From an uncultured Haloplasmataceae bacterium (GTDB taxonomy: Bacteria > Bacillota_I > Bacilli_A > Haloplasmatales > Haloplasmataceae), in the NCBI GenBank assembly GCA_937919135.1, contig CALFRW010000102.1, forward strand, positions 1 through 22,126: DNA of 22,126 nucleotides, given 5' to 3'. Both the position numbers and the translations under genes were made by a program. The notes under the pieces were generated by a model that saw only the letters and a program-made list of their open reading frames with translations, was not told the DNA's origin and ran no database searches. Position 1 is the first letter of the stretch. The number at the start of each line of letters is the position of its first letter. Shown here one piece after another: positions 1 to 9,141 of this stretch.

Positions 1-64
1 CTTAGGCAATCAAAAGATACTTAGTTAAAAAACTTAATTATCCGACAGCCCCTTTTTCATATAC

Positions 65-93
65 TTACAATTTACCACAAATAATGCTATAAT
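65..93 (+). promoter_or_regulatory. Sigma-70-like promoter for the surface-protein operon: -35 TTACAA (65-70), 17-nt spacer, -10 TATAAT (88-93)
   Basis: Read directly from the sequence. Near-consensus hexamers with canonical 17-nt spacing sit about 50 nt upstream of the AGGGGGG RBS and the ATG at 146. Confidence 0.45.
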
Positions 94-145
94 AATATAT
101 ACAAAAAATGCTAATTAATAAACTTTCCATAGGGGGGCTATATTC

Positions 146-3100
146 ATGAATAAATATCGCTATATCTTTCCTTTGTTGCTTTTAATTTTATTTTCTATTA
201 ATAACAAAACTCTTGCTGAAAGTGGTATGATCCCTAGTATTGAATTAATAGGTAGTGCTACTATTTATCTTGAACGTGGTACAGAATATCAAGAATTAGG
301 TGTAACCGCTTATGATAATGAAGATGGTGATTTAACTACTGAGATTCAAATATCTTCTTCATTAAATATTAACCGCGTTGGAACTTATAAAATTACTTAT
401 TCAGTTACTGATAGTGATAATAATACCGCAACAGTTGAAAGACAAATTCAAGTATATGATTTTATTTATGACGAAAATAGTGTATTGTTAAAATATTATT
501 TTGAAGATAACTCTATGCAGGAAACATCAATAATTACTGATATCGTACCTGATTCAGATGGGGGCTTTATTGCCGTCGGTCAATTTCTCACAAATGAGTA
601 TCTTGAACCAGAATCAAGGGGATATGCGACAATCGCCAAAATAAATAATTTTGGTGAAATTAAATGGGCTAGGACCGAGATTATAGGCAGTACACAATAC
701 CATGGTGTAAGTGATGAAAGTAATCACAAATTGAAAGTATCAAAGGTGATTAAAACTCAGGATAACAACTATTTAGTAATTGCGACAAATTACTTTAAAT
801 ATATTTCAGCACTTATTAAATTTGATGAAAACTTTTCGGAAGTAAGTAGAGCTGAATTTAATTTTCCAGGCTATTATATTGATATCGTTGAATATCAAGA
901 AAATAAATATGCGGTACTAGATAATGGAAGCAATCTGCGTTTATTTGATAATTTAGATGCAACTGATATTAAATCAAATTTTGGTCCGATTGATAATATT
1001 ACTTTGTTATCTGAAGGAAAAATTGTCGCTTATGATAATAAGGATTACGGTGTCGAAGTTAAATTGATTGACCTTCTTGACCATTATGGCGCAAAGGTTT
1101 GTTGGAGTGAAGTAATTAATGATATTAATTTAATCGATATTTTTGTTTATAATAATGAGATTATTCTGGTTGGAAACACAATCAATGAAGATCCAAATCT
1201 TATGGATGGTGTTGTAGTAAGTTTGGGAACAAATGGCGCAGTTTTAACTAATAAAAATTTTGGTGGTAATAAAAAAGATGAATTTCGCTCTGCTGATTTA
1301 GTTGATAATAAACTCTTTATCCAAACGCGATCAGTTAGTGAGGATGGGGATTTAATACTAGCACCATTTTATGGTGCGGCGATTATTGATCTTAATACTA
1401 TGGAAGTAGCTAGTAATACCAGTTTTAGTAGTATGTTTATCCCTAATGTAATCTCTGGTAATAGTGAGGGTTGTATTGTAATTGGAGGAAATCATCTTTA
1501 CAGTGGGTATTCTCAAAAACTAACCGTTTTATGTCCGAAGCTTAATTTTACAAAATTTGCTTATTCAAAACTAAAATATGATGAAGAATTTACTCCTGAT
1601 TATGATATTGAAATCATTAATAATTACGGTGAAGCTTTAAGTTATGAGGTTCATTCAGTTGATCGTGAAATTGACACTAAAGTAGTAGGCTATCATGATT
1701 TGATTTATTACCTAACGGTCACCGATGGTACTGATGTTTATCCAATGGAATTAAAACGAACGCTGATTGTTGAACCAAGTCTTGACAATGGTGGGATTTA
1801 TTATCAAGCGTTAACACCTAATCTCGGAGGAGCCAGTGCTACTTTAGATGGTATAACTTATCAAGAAGGTACATTAATCAGTGAAATTGGTAATCATACA
1901 ATGAAAATTACCGGAGCAAATGGTTATGAAGCGGATTTCTTGTTTACAATTACCTCGTCTTTAAGTGATGGAGAGGTATTTGAAGATTATTTTCAAGCAG
2001 ATTTTACAGCTCCCACTGTTTATTTAGATGGTGAACTTTATCAAAATGAAAAAATTACCGAAATTGGGAATCATGTTTTAGAAATTCATGGAGTTGGTGA
2101 TTATATTGAAACTATATCCTTTCAAATTATTCCTTCTTTAAGTAATGATGAAACAGTTAGGGCTCCATTTGAACCAAATATTAATGCGGAAATGTATTTA
2201 AATGGTGAACCTTATAATAATGATATGATTACTGAAATAGGTTATCAAACACTAGAAATTTATGGAAGTGGTGATTACTATCAAACGATAAACTTTCTAG
2301 TAATAGCTGATATCCCAAATAATCAAACCTATCATAATTCATATATGCCACAAATTAACGCACCTTTATTAGAATTAAATGGTGAAGTATATAATAATGA
2401 AATAATTACTGAAGCAGGAGAATATGAGCTAAAAATCACCGGTCGTGGTGACTTTATCCAAATAATTAATTTTCAAATAATTCCTAAATATCATGTTTTT
2501 AAGGATGATATTTATAAAGCTGGTGTAATCCCAGTTGAGATAGGAGTAAGTGCGACATACCGCATTAATGGTGAGGCTTATAAGCCTGGGGCTACTTTTT
2601 ATCAGATCGGAAATCATCTTTTAGAGGTTACTAGTCTTAATGGATATACGGAAACGATACCTTTTACAATTACTGTAAAGGATTTAGCTGAAATTTACAA
2701 CTATGTTTTTAATTTGGAGTTACCAGCTGAATTAGATATTGATGGAGAAGAATATATTTCAGGGTCTAACTATTATAAAGTAGGGCATCATGTTTTAACT
2801 ATTAGAGGAACTAATGATTATATCACGACTAACGCGTTTACGATTACTGAAAAAGCATTACATATCGAAAATAACCAGATTTATATAAATACTGTAACCC
2901 CTGTCATTACTTATGCAGACTTACTGCTTGACGGAAAAGTATATGAGTCTGGCACAGCGATTACAGAATTAGGAAATCACGTGCTTACAGTTAAGGGGAG
3001 CAATGACTATCTTAGTGAGTATCATTTTACAATTGACTTTGAAACTCCAGGTCTTGAGGATCAGGGAGTATATTTATACCCAATATATCCGACTTTTACT

Positions 3101-4450
3101 GAAGGAAACGCTACTTTAAATGGCAAACCTTATGAAAGTGGAACTAAAATAGCTGAAGTCGGTAACCATGTACTTTGTATTACGACAGAAAATGGTTATA
3201 CCAAAACCCTAAGTTTTCAAATTATTCCGGATATAGAAAACAAGCAAATATTTTATCAGGCATATACCCCTAATATAAATGCTTACCAGATGTCATTAAA
3301 TGGCAAACCATATAATAATGAGTTAATTGAGGCTATTGGTAATTATGTTTTAGTTATTAATGGTACCGGGGGATATACGCAAACCTTAAACTTTCAAATC
3401 CTCCCTAAGTTACAAATTGCTGATAAAGCAGTTTTTTATGGAACGACCACGATTAACATTCCTAATGCTTTATTAAAATTAAATGGAGAAGATTATATAA
3501 GTGGAACTAAAATAACGACGATTGGTAACCATAGATTAGAAATAATTGGTGTAAGTGGTTATAAAGCAATAATCGAGTTTGTAATTACTCCAGAGATTAA
3601 TGTAATCAACAATGAAAAATATAATAAAGGTTTTATTATCGATGTTGAAAATCATCTTAAACTAGATTTAAATGGTGATATTTATGAAGCAGGAGAAAAG
3701 ATAAATCGAGCGGGCAATTATACTTTGACAGTTTATGGAATTAATGATTATCAGAAAACATATAACTTTGTTATTTTGGGAGATCTAAATATCGAAGCAG
3801 GTGGAGTCTATACAGGAGATGTGACCCCTGAAATTGATAATGGTGAAATTTTAATTGATGGCACTCCTCATAAAGTAGGCACAAAATATGCAGTTGTGGG
3901 GCATCATGAGTTAACAATCTTAGGTGTTAATGATTATAAATATACACTGAGCTTTACAATTGCACCGGTTGTTACTGGTGTTGAAAATGGTAAGGATTAT
4001 GAAGGTGAGGTACATTATCAGGTTGAAAATGCGGTTGTAAAGCTTAATGGAGAAAGTGCACCTAATAGTGGAATTATTACTAGCGTTGGTCATCATACCA
4101 TAACAATAACTGGTACTAATGATTACGAGGTTTCAATATCGTTTACGCTTAATCCAATTATCACAGGGCTTAAAGATAAAGCTGTATATTATGATAAATT
4201 GATTATCAATATTCCAAACAGTAAGTTATCGATTGATGGTAAAATTTATAAAAATGGAACTCCATATGAGAAAATAGGCAAACATAAATTAACCATAACC
4301 GGAGAAAATGGTTATCAACAAGAAATTGAGTTCACACTTAAATATTCTAATAAAGTTATAACTGAGCAAATAATAATAATCGCAATTCCTGTTTTAATGA
4401 TTAGTGGTTTAACCTTTATCGCAATTAAATTAAGAAGAAAAGTGGTATAA
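146..4450 (+). CDS. Large secreted, C-terminally membrane-anchored surface protein (1434 aa). It has an N-terminal signal peptide, a DUF5011/Ig-like domain, a central beta-rich region and 14 tandem ~60-aa repeats.
   Basis: Strong RBS AGGGGGG lies 8 nt upstream of the ATG. The signal peptide MNKYRYIFPLLLLILFSINNKTLA-ESG is hydrophobic with an AxA-like cleavage site. Residues ~40-105 (GTEYQELGVTAYDNEDGDLTTEI...GTYKITYSVTDSDNNTATVERQIQVYD) match the bacterial Ig-like DUF5011 pattern. From about aa 548 to 1398 a ~60-aa unit recurs 14 times ([F/Y]x..P.I...A.L.LNG/DG..Y..G..I...GNH/GHH.L.I.G.NGY..T..F.I.P). The C-terminal hydrophobic segment IIIIAIPVLMISGLTFIAI is followed by KLRRKVV, a stop-transfer anchor. 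No LPXTG motif is present. Confidence 0.9.
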   Translation: MNKYRYIFPLLLLILFSINNKTLAESGMIPSIELIGSATIYLERGTEYQELGVTAYDNEDGDLTTEIQISSSLNINRVGTYKITYSVTDSDNNTATVERQIQVYDFIYDENSVLLKYYFEDNSMQETSIITDIVPDSDGGFIAVGQFLTNEYLEPESRGYATIAKINNFGEIKWARTEIIGSTQYHGVSDESNHKLKVSKVIKTQDNNYLVIATNYFKYISALIKFDENFSEVSRAEFNFPGYYIDIVEYQENKYAVLDNGSNLRLFDNLDATDIKSNFGPIDNITLLSEGKIVAYDNKDYGVEVKLIDLLDHYGAKVCWSEVINDINLIDIFVYNNEIILVGNTINEDPNLMDGVVVSLGTNGAVLTNKNFGGNKKDEFRSADLVDNKLFIQTRSVSEDGDLILAPFYGAAIIDLNTMEVASNTSFSSMFIPNVISGNSEGCIVIGGNHLYSGYSQKLTVLCPKLNFTKFAYSKLKYDEEFTPDYDIEIINNYGEALSYEVHSVDREIDTKVVGYHDLIYYLTVTDGTDVYPMELKRTLIVEPSLDNGGIYYQALTPNLGGASATLDGITYQEGTLISEIGNHTMKITGANGYEADFLFTITSSLSDGEVFEDYFQADFTAPTVYLDGELYQNEKITEIGNHVLEIHGVGDYIETISFQIIPSLSNDETVRAPFEPNINAEMYLNGEPYNNDMITEIGYQTLEIYGSGDYYQTINFLVIADIPNNQTYHNSYMPQINAPLLELNGEVYNNEIITEAGEYELKITGRGDFIQIINFQIIPKYHVFKDDIYKAGVIPVEIGVSATYRINGEAYKPGATFYQIGNHLLEVTSLNGYTETIPFTITVKDLAEIYNYVFNLELPAELDIDGEEYISGSNYYKVGHHVLTIRGTNDYITTNAFTITEKALHIENNQIYINTVTPVITYADLLLDGKVYESGTAITELGNHVLTVKGSNDYLSEYHFTIDFETPGLEDQGVYLYPIYPTFTEGNATLNGKPYESGTKIAEVGNHVLCITTENGYTKTLSFQIIPDIENKQIFYQAYTPNINAYQMSLNGKPYNNELIEAIGNYVLVINGTGGYTQTLNFQILPKLQIADKAVFYGTTTINIPNALLKLNGEDYISGTKITTIGNHRLEIIGVSGYKAIIEFVITPEINVINNEKYNKGFIIDVENHLKLDLNGDIYEAGEKINRAGNYTLTVYGINDYQKTYNFVILGDLNIEAGGVYTGDVTPEIDNGEILIDGTPHKVGTKYAVVGHHELTILGVNDYKYTLSFTIAPVVTGVENGKDYEGEVHYQVENAVVKLNGESAPNSGIITSVGHHTITITGTNDYEVSISFTLNPIITGLKDKAVYYDKLIINIPNSKLSIDGKIYKNGTPYEKIGKHKLTITGENGYQQEIEFTLKYSNKVITEQIIIIAIPVLMISGLTFIAIKLRRKVV
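1787..4339 (+). repeat. Intragenic tandem coding repeats: 14 copies of a ~175-195 bp (58-65 aa) unit, divergent at the nucleotide level
   Basis: A conserved GNH/GHH/GNY anchor sits at protein residues 582, 641, 699, 757, 822, 880, 943, 1006, 1065, 1127, 1190, 1252, 1315 and 1379. A flanking LNG/LDG..Y and a GxNGY...F.I.P motif accompany each anchor. The copies are degenerate, so this is a protein-domain array and not a CRISPR array or recent DNA repeat. Confidence 0.8.
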
Positions 4451-6228
4451 TGATTACCCTTCTTAAAGATGATGTTTTAAGGATAGTAGCTTTACTATTA
4501 ATTTTTGCGATTATATTAGTTGTGATAGCTTTATTTCAAGAAATTAATTTACGAAGAAGAAAGAAAATCAATTATAATAATTTTGAGAAATTTCAGAAGT
4601 ATTATCAGTTAAAAATTAATTACCTATATTTAATTGGAGTATTCGGAGATATTATCTTTTCTACATACTTTGCCTTTATTACTGTAAGAAACCCTAACTA
4701 TGCGCTTTATATGATTACACTTGTGGTGCTAAATCTGTTGCTTTTTCCGCTTATCTATTTACAAATAAGTAGAAATAAATATAATAAAGACTTAACTATT
4801 TTTAGTCAGTATTACTATATCATTCGAAAAAGTTATGAAGCAAGAACGGTATTAATGCATCATAAACAGGATCTTGAAGCTATTTATCAAACCTTATTAG
4901 AGGAAAGTCTGCGGGTTAATGATAAGTTTAGTAGTTTTATGAAAAGTTATCAGGGGATTCCTGATTTATTAGCTACACTTAAGCCAATTAGTGAAATAAT
5001 TAAACAGCATCAAGAAAAGCTTGACGCTTTTGATTACGGGCTGATTAATAAGTTTAATCAAGAATTAAATAGCTTTATCACCACTAACCAACATAATAAG
5101 TGGGCATTAAACGTTTTTAATTATCAAAAGAATTATCATGAAAAAGATATCCAGGCTTCGATTACTAAAGCACAAAATAAATTAATCTATGAACATGCGT
5201 TAACTGAATTAAAACAAGATAATCTTAAATCGGTTAGTGCGTTAATGGATTTAATCTTATTTTTAGAAAGTTTGAAGGTAAATTTACGGGAAGAATTAAT
5301 TATTGAGGTATTAAATTACATTTACCAGCACTATGAAAATAGAACGAAGATTTTAAGTTTATTAATCAGTAAGGGCTTAATATCGGTAAATATTTTAGAA
5401 ACACATGTTAACGTAAAAGATTGGTCTTGGGTTTATGAGATCCCGTTAGATAAGATAATTGAAGTTCAGGATGCATATAGAGTATTTCTATCACTGATTC
5501 GTTCTAATGCCTACAACAGTGCTTACAATGTTTTAACAACATGTGATAGTAAGTATAGCGCAAGTATCAGAAAGGCAGCGAAGTTAGTCACTGAAGCAAA
5601 TGAAACGCATAAATTATTTCTTATTTTTCATGAAGTATATGCCTCTAATGACTGCTTTAATATAAAAGCTCTGAAGTATGAAAATATCGCTGTTGTTTTA
5701 AATTTTTTCTTTAAAGATTATTATCCTAAAGATAAAGATGCCAATAAAATAGCTGAAATATTAAGAAATAACAGTTATGTAAACAATCGTGAATTTATTA
5801 ATAATGTCTATTTACGTATTCAATCAGGGTATAGTAAATTCCTTAATTATACAATGAATACCTTAATTAATTATCGTAATACAAACTGTGATTACATTAA
5901 TTATCAGAAGTTGATTAACCAATATGCTCAGTATCGTAAAAATTTAAATATTAAAGAGCTGAAAGTACTTGATGTAATATTAAATGTTTTAATTTTACTT
6001 AATGAAACTAATCCGAAATATATTGGTGAGGTATTTCAAAATTTTGCCCAAATCGATGTTTTATATCGGGGAAAGATTTCCGTAGAAGCATTATATTATG
6101 ATAATCGGTTAAAAATTGGCAACCAACTTTTAAGAAATCTCTTGAAATATGAGATAAATACGGTCAAAAAGGTGGTAAATCAAATTGAGAATGAACGATT
6201 AGTTTTCGATAAGATCGTCAATTTATAG
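4450..6228 (+). CDS. Hypothetical membrane protein (592 aa) with three N-terminal TM helices and a large alpha-helical domain. It is translationally coupled to the upstream surface-protein gene.
   Basis: The ATG overlaps the upstream TAA by 1 nt (TAATG). The TM segments are VLRIVALLLIFAIILVVIALF, LYLIGVFGDIIFSTYFAFITV and LYMITLVVLNLLLFPLIYL. The rest is K/N/E/L-rich and helical, and I recognise no catalytic motif. Confidence 0.8.
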   Translation: MITLLKDDVLRIVALLLIFAIILVVIALFQEINLRRRKKINYNNFEKFQKYYQLKINYLYLIGVFGDIIFSTYFAFITVRNPNYALYMITLVVLNLLLFPLIYLQISRNKYNKDLTIFSQYYYIIRKSYEARTVLMHHKQDLEAIYQTLLEESLRVNDKFSSFMKSYQGIPDLLATLKPISEIIKQHQEKLDAFDYGLINKFNQELNSFITTNQHNKWALNVFNYQKNYHEKDIQASITKAQNKLIYEHALTELKQDNLKSVSALMDLILFLESLKVNLREELIIEVLNYIYQHYENRTKILSLLISKGLISVNILETHVNVKDWSWVYEIPLDKIIEVQDAYRVFLSLIRSNAYNSAYNVLTTCDSKYSASIRKAAKLVTEANETHKLFLIFHEVYASNDCFNIKALKYENIAVVLNFFFKDYYPKDKDANKIAEILRNNSYVNNREFINNVYLRIQSGYSKFLNYTMNTLINYRNTNCDYINYQKLINQYAQYRKNLNIKELKVLDVILNVLILLNETNPKYIGEVFQNFAQIDVLYRGKISVEALYYDNRLKIGNQLLRNLLKYEINTVKKVVNQIENERLVFDKIVNL

Positions 6229-6247
6229 TAAATAGGATGTGAGACTT

Positions 6248-6874
6248 ATGTCACAAAATGCGCGTTTATTAATTAATATCATTATTGATAATAGTTCATC
6301 GATGAAAGGTGAAAAACTCCAAAAATTAAAGTCTGCACTGGGCTTATTTCATGATTCTATTTTAGCAAGCAAATTAGATTTTCTCTATTCAGTAATTGGC
6401 TATAAAGGATTTCAAGCTGCGATATTTAAATCGTATGATGATGAGGTTCTTAACCTAGATGATATTTATGAAGGTGGGTTAGCTTTATTAGGTAAGGCAG
6501 TGCTTTTAGGTGTAAAAACATTAGAAGAAAAATTAATTACCTTAAGAACCCAGGGCTGCAAATTATATAAACCTTGGTTTGTCATTTTAAGTGATGGCCA
6601 ATGTTATGGGGAGCTTGATAGTCAATTAGAAGCATTTAAAGATTTGTATAAAAAGCAAAGCATCACCTATTTTCCGTTTTTATTGTCAAATAATCCGCTT
6701 GATGAAAAGTTAACTGAATTTCAAAGCTTGAAACGGCCTTTAGTAATTGCTAATCTGCAGTATGATAAACTATTTAAATGGTTATTTGAAACGCTTAAAT
6801 TAAGGATTACGACGCAAGTTGAACAAACGATTAGATTAACAAGTACAGCATTTGATGGGTGGGTTATAAAATGA
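6248..6874 (+). CDS. von Willebrand factor type A (vWA) domain protein, TerY-like, cytoplasmic (no signal peptide). The ORF track starts it at 6239 (GTG); ATG 6248 with upstream RBS AGGATGTGAG is the likelier start.
   Basis: The MIDAS motif IIIDNSSSM (DxSxS) is near the N-terminus. Downstream hydrophobic strands and VILSDGQ (the T/D MIDAS region) are typical of a vWA Rossmann-like fold. Confidence 0.8.
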   Translation: MSQNARLLINIIIDNSSSMKGEKLQKLKSALGLFHDSILASKLDFLYSVIGYKGFQAAIFKSYDDEVLNLDDIYEGGLALLGKAVLLGVKTLEEKLITLRTQGCKLYKPWFVILSDGQCYGELDSQLEAFKDLYKKQSITYFPFLLSNNPLDEKLTEFQSLKRPLVIANLQYDKLFKWLFETLKLRITTQVEQTIRLTSTAFDGWVIK

Positions 6875-7824
6875 TATTAGAAAATTGGAAACAAACGGCA
6901 ATAGAGGTAACAGGAAAAGACCATTTAGCACTAAATGAAGTCTGTCAAGACCGTACTTATTATGTAAAAAATAATGGTGTCCATGTGATTGCTTTGGCAG
7001 ATGGTGCAGGCTCGCGAAAAAGGTCTGAAATTGGGGCCATGATTGTTACGAAAAAAATTAGTGAATTTCTAGTCAAAAATTTTTATAATGTCTACATGGG
7101 TTTAGAAAAAAGCGGAAAAACGGAAGCGGTATATCTTGAGGAGCTTAAAACATTTAAGAAATTCATCATTAATATCCTCGTAAATGAGTTAAATAATTAT
7201 CCTAATGTTCCGCTTAATGAATTATCCTCAACACTTTTGTTTTTTGCGATTAAAGATGATAAATATATCGTGGGTCATATCGGCGATGGTGTGATTGGTG
7301 GTGTTTTTGAAGAAAGTGAAACTCTTACGATTGAAACATTATCAGAACCCCATAATGGTGGGGCACCTAATATAACTTTTTTTGTTACTGATTCTGATGC
7401 TTATGAAAACTTAAGAATTGGTTCTGGTGAAGCGATTAATTTACGCGGTGTTATCCTAATGAGTGATGGTCCAGCTGAAGTGATGTATCATAAGGATTAT
7501 GGGCTTGACGAAAATGTGATTAAAATCTTTGAAAACTTTGAGCGTATCGTACCAGATAAGTATGAACAGATTCTGAAAACCTTTTTGGTTGAAAGAATAG
7601 CTAAATTTAGTAGTGACGATTTAAGTCTAAATATATTATTCTTAGAAAGTATATTAGCTAATAATCAGGAACAATATGATTTAAATTTATTAAAAACCAT
7701 AAAGGCCAAAACTCAGATTAGTTTTAAATCGCAATACTGTGTTCACATAGACTCTTCCATAAAACCCAATACTCGTGATTTTTTAACCCTTGATGAGCTT
7801 AGGAGATATCTAAAATGGCAATAG
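6871..7824 (+). CDS. PP2C-family Ser/Thr protein phosphatase-like protein. An alternative GTG start at 6859 overlaps the upstream gene by 16 nt.
   Basis: Metal-coordinating Asp/Gly motifs are spaced as in PP2C/SpoIIE-like phosphatases: VIALADGAGS, GHIGDGVIGG and ILMSDGPAEV. The gene sits next to a vWA gene and a kinase gene, the TerY-P triad context. Confidence 0.7.
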   Translation: MILENWKQTAIEVTGKDHLALNEVCQDRTYYVKNNGVHVIALADGAGSRKRSEIGAMIVTKKISEFLVKNFYNVYMGLEKSGKTEAVYLEELKTFKKFIINILVNELNNYPNVPLNELSSTLLFFAIKDDKYIVGHIGDGVIGGVFEESETLTIETLSEPHNGGAPNITFFVTDSDAYENLRIGSGEAINLRGVILMSDGPAEVMYHKDYGLDENVIKIFENFERIVPDKYEQILKTFLVERIAKFSSDDLSLNILFLESILANNQEQYDLNLLKTIKAKTQISFKSQYCVHIDSSIKPNTRDFLTLDELRRYLKWQ

Positions 7825-9140
7825 TCTTTATTGAAGAAAGTTGTTTTCTCGCCCCGGGGTTTATTAACCTTTTAGAAAATCTTGTTAATGACGGAAGTTT
7901 AATCTATGTGGAGCAGCAAATTGAACAGACAATCACAAATTTAAAAGCACAAAATCGGTTTAAGGAAGCCTATATAATTGAAGGTTATCTTGATATACTG
8001 GAATCACTTGCAGTCCTAAAAAAAATAACGACAAACTCTTACTTTGATTTTAGTCATTTTGATCGTGTAATTAAACAAAACCAAAATCTGAGTGTGTTAA
8101 TTCTAACCCAGAAAGAAAGTGTTTATAAAAATGTTTTGGATTTAAAAAACAAATATAAGCATGTTGCGATTGCCCGTTTTTCGCAAAATCTTATCTATTG
8201 GGATGATAATTCAAATGACGCTCTTGATGCCTTTTATCTAGATAATGATCAATATATCAATAAAGTTGATATCGAAAACTTGGATTATGTTTATTCACCT
8301 AAATATGGTCATCTCTGCTTAGATAAAAGAAAAACTTTTAAAGGTGGAGAAGGAATATTATATCCTACTTATAATAATCAACTTTGTAAATTGTATTTTA
8401 AAGATCATCAAACATATGTGAATTTTAAAAAGCTAAATGCAATGTTAGAAATTGATATTCATAATCCGTTTATTAATTGGCCGAAAGATATTCTCTTTTA
8501 TAAAAATGATTTTGTTGGTTATTTAATGGATGAAGTCAAAGCTGCAGAAAGTCTTGATGTCTTACGAATAAATGCTTTTAAAGGCTATAATATTTTTGAA
8601 AGGTATCTAATCAGTTATAATCTCTTATTAAATATTGATTACTTACATAAAAGAAATATTATTGTTGGTGATTTAAAGTTAGATAATATCCTAATTAAAT
8701 CACCCGAAGAAGTGTATTTAGTTGATTGTGGTAGTTGTCAAATCGGTGATTTTGCTTGTAATGTTTGTCACCCAGAATATACAAAAAGAGTCTATACTGC
8801 TGATGAATTAAAACAGAAGCTTAGAACAGTTGAAGATGAATATTATCCGATTAATAAAATTATTTTTGAAATTTTAATTGGTAAAAACCCCAATTATAAC
8901 CGTTATTCGGGAGAAGTTGATATTGAAAATAAAAATAATTTTTATTTTCCGCTGGATTTAAGTGAAATTAAAGAATATACAGGCGAATTATATATGTGGC
9001 GTGGTTTAAGTGAAAGAATGCGGACATTCTTCTACTATTATTTTAAAGAAAATAAAATTACTTATCTATCAGAATGGATAAATGAATTAGAATTATATAT
9101 TAAAAATGCTCAGGCAATGAAAATAAAAGGAGAGAGATAA
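7815..9140 (+). CDS. Ser/Thr protein kinase-like protein (441 aa). It has an N-terminal ~170-aa domain of unknown function and a C-terminal Hanks-type kinase domain.
   Basis: The Gly-rich loop and beta3 Lys region is FKGGEGILYPTYNNQLCKLYFK. The catalytic-loop equivalent is IIVGDLKLDNILI, with D, K and N conserved as in HRDLKxxN. The DFG equivalent is VDCGSCQIGDF, and a PE-containing segment reads CHPEYT. The start overlaps the PP2C stop by 10 nt. Confidence 0.75.
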   Translation: MAIVFIEESCFLAPGFINLLENLVNDGSLIYVEQQIEQTITNLKAQNRFKEAYIIEGYLDILESLAVLKKITTNSYFDFSHFDRVIKQNQNLSVLILTQKESVYKNVLDLKNKYKHVAIARFSQNLIYWDDNSNDALDAFYLDNDQYINKVDIENLDYVYSPKYGHLCLDKRKTFKGGEGILYPTYNNQLCKLYFKDHQTYVNFKKLNAMLEIDIHNPFINWPKDILFYKNDFVGYLMDEVKAAESLDVLRINAFKGYNIFERYLISYNLLLNIDYLHKRNIIVGDLKLDNILIKSPEEVYLVDCGSCQIGDFACNVCHPEYTKRVYTADELKQKLRTVEDEYYPINKIIFEILIGKNPNYNRYSGEVDIENKNNFYFPLDLSEIKEYTGELYMWRGLSERMRTFFYYYFKENKITYLSEWINELELYIKNAQAMKIKGER

Positions 9141-9141
9141 A

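Noticed and set aside
1-145. Possible upstream terminator or ncRNA in the first 145 nt (CCGACAGCCCCTTTTTCAT)
   Set aside because: A C-rich run is followed by a T-run but has no convincing complementary stem. It more likely belongs to a terminator or coding end whose 5' half is outside the window.
2429-2617. Short minus-strand ORFs (62-86 aa) on the track at 2429-2617, 10040-10225, 11181-11387, 12127-12324, 12328-12543, 12886-13113, 15517-15777, 19583-19780, 20882-21133 and 21257-21448
   Set aside because: All lie antisense inside long, well-supported + strand genes. They have no RBS and a low-complexity, AT-driven composition, as expected for chance ORFs in an AT-rich genome.
1787-4339. Possible CRISPR array or DNA-level tandem repeat suggested by periodicity
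   Set aside because: Periodicity exists only at the protein level and is degenerate at the nucleotide level. There are no short identical direct repeats with unique spacers, and the region lies inside an intact 1434-codon ORF.
6239-6247. GTG/ATG starts proposed by the ORF track at 6239, 6859, 10916 and 14106
   Set aside because: In each case an in-frame ATG 9-12 nt downstream (6248, 6871, 10922 and 14115) has a much better-spaced Shine-Dalgarno. The track coordinates are probably slight 5' over-extensions, and the two alternatives cannot be distinguished without homologues.
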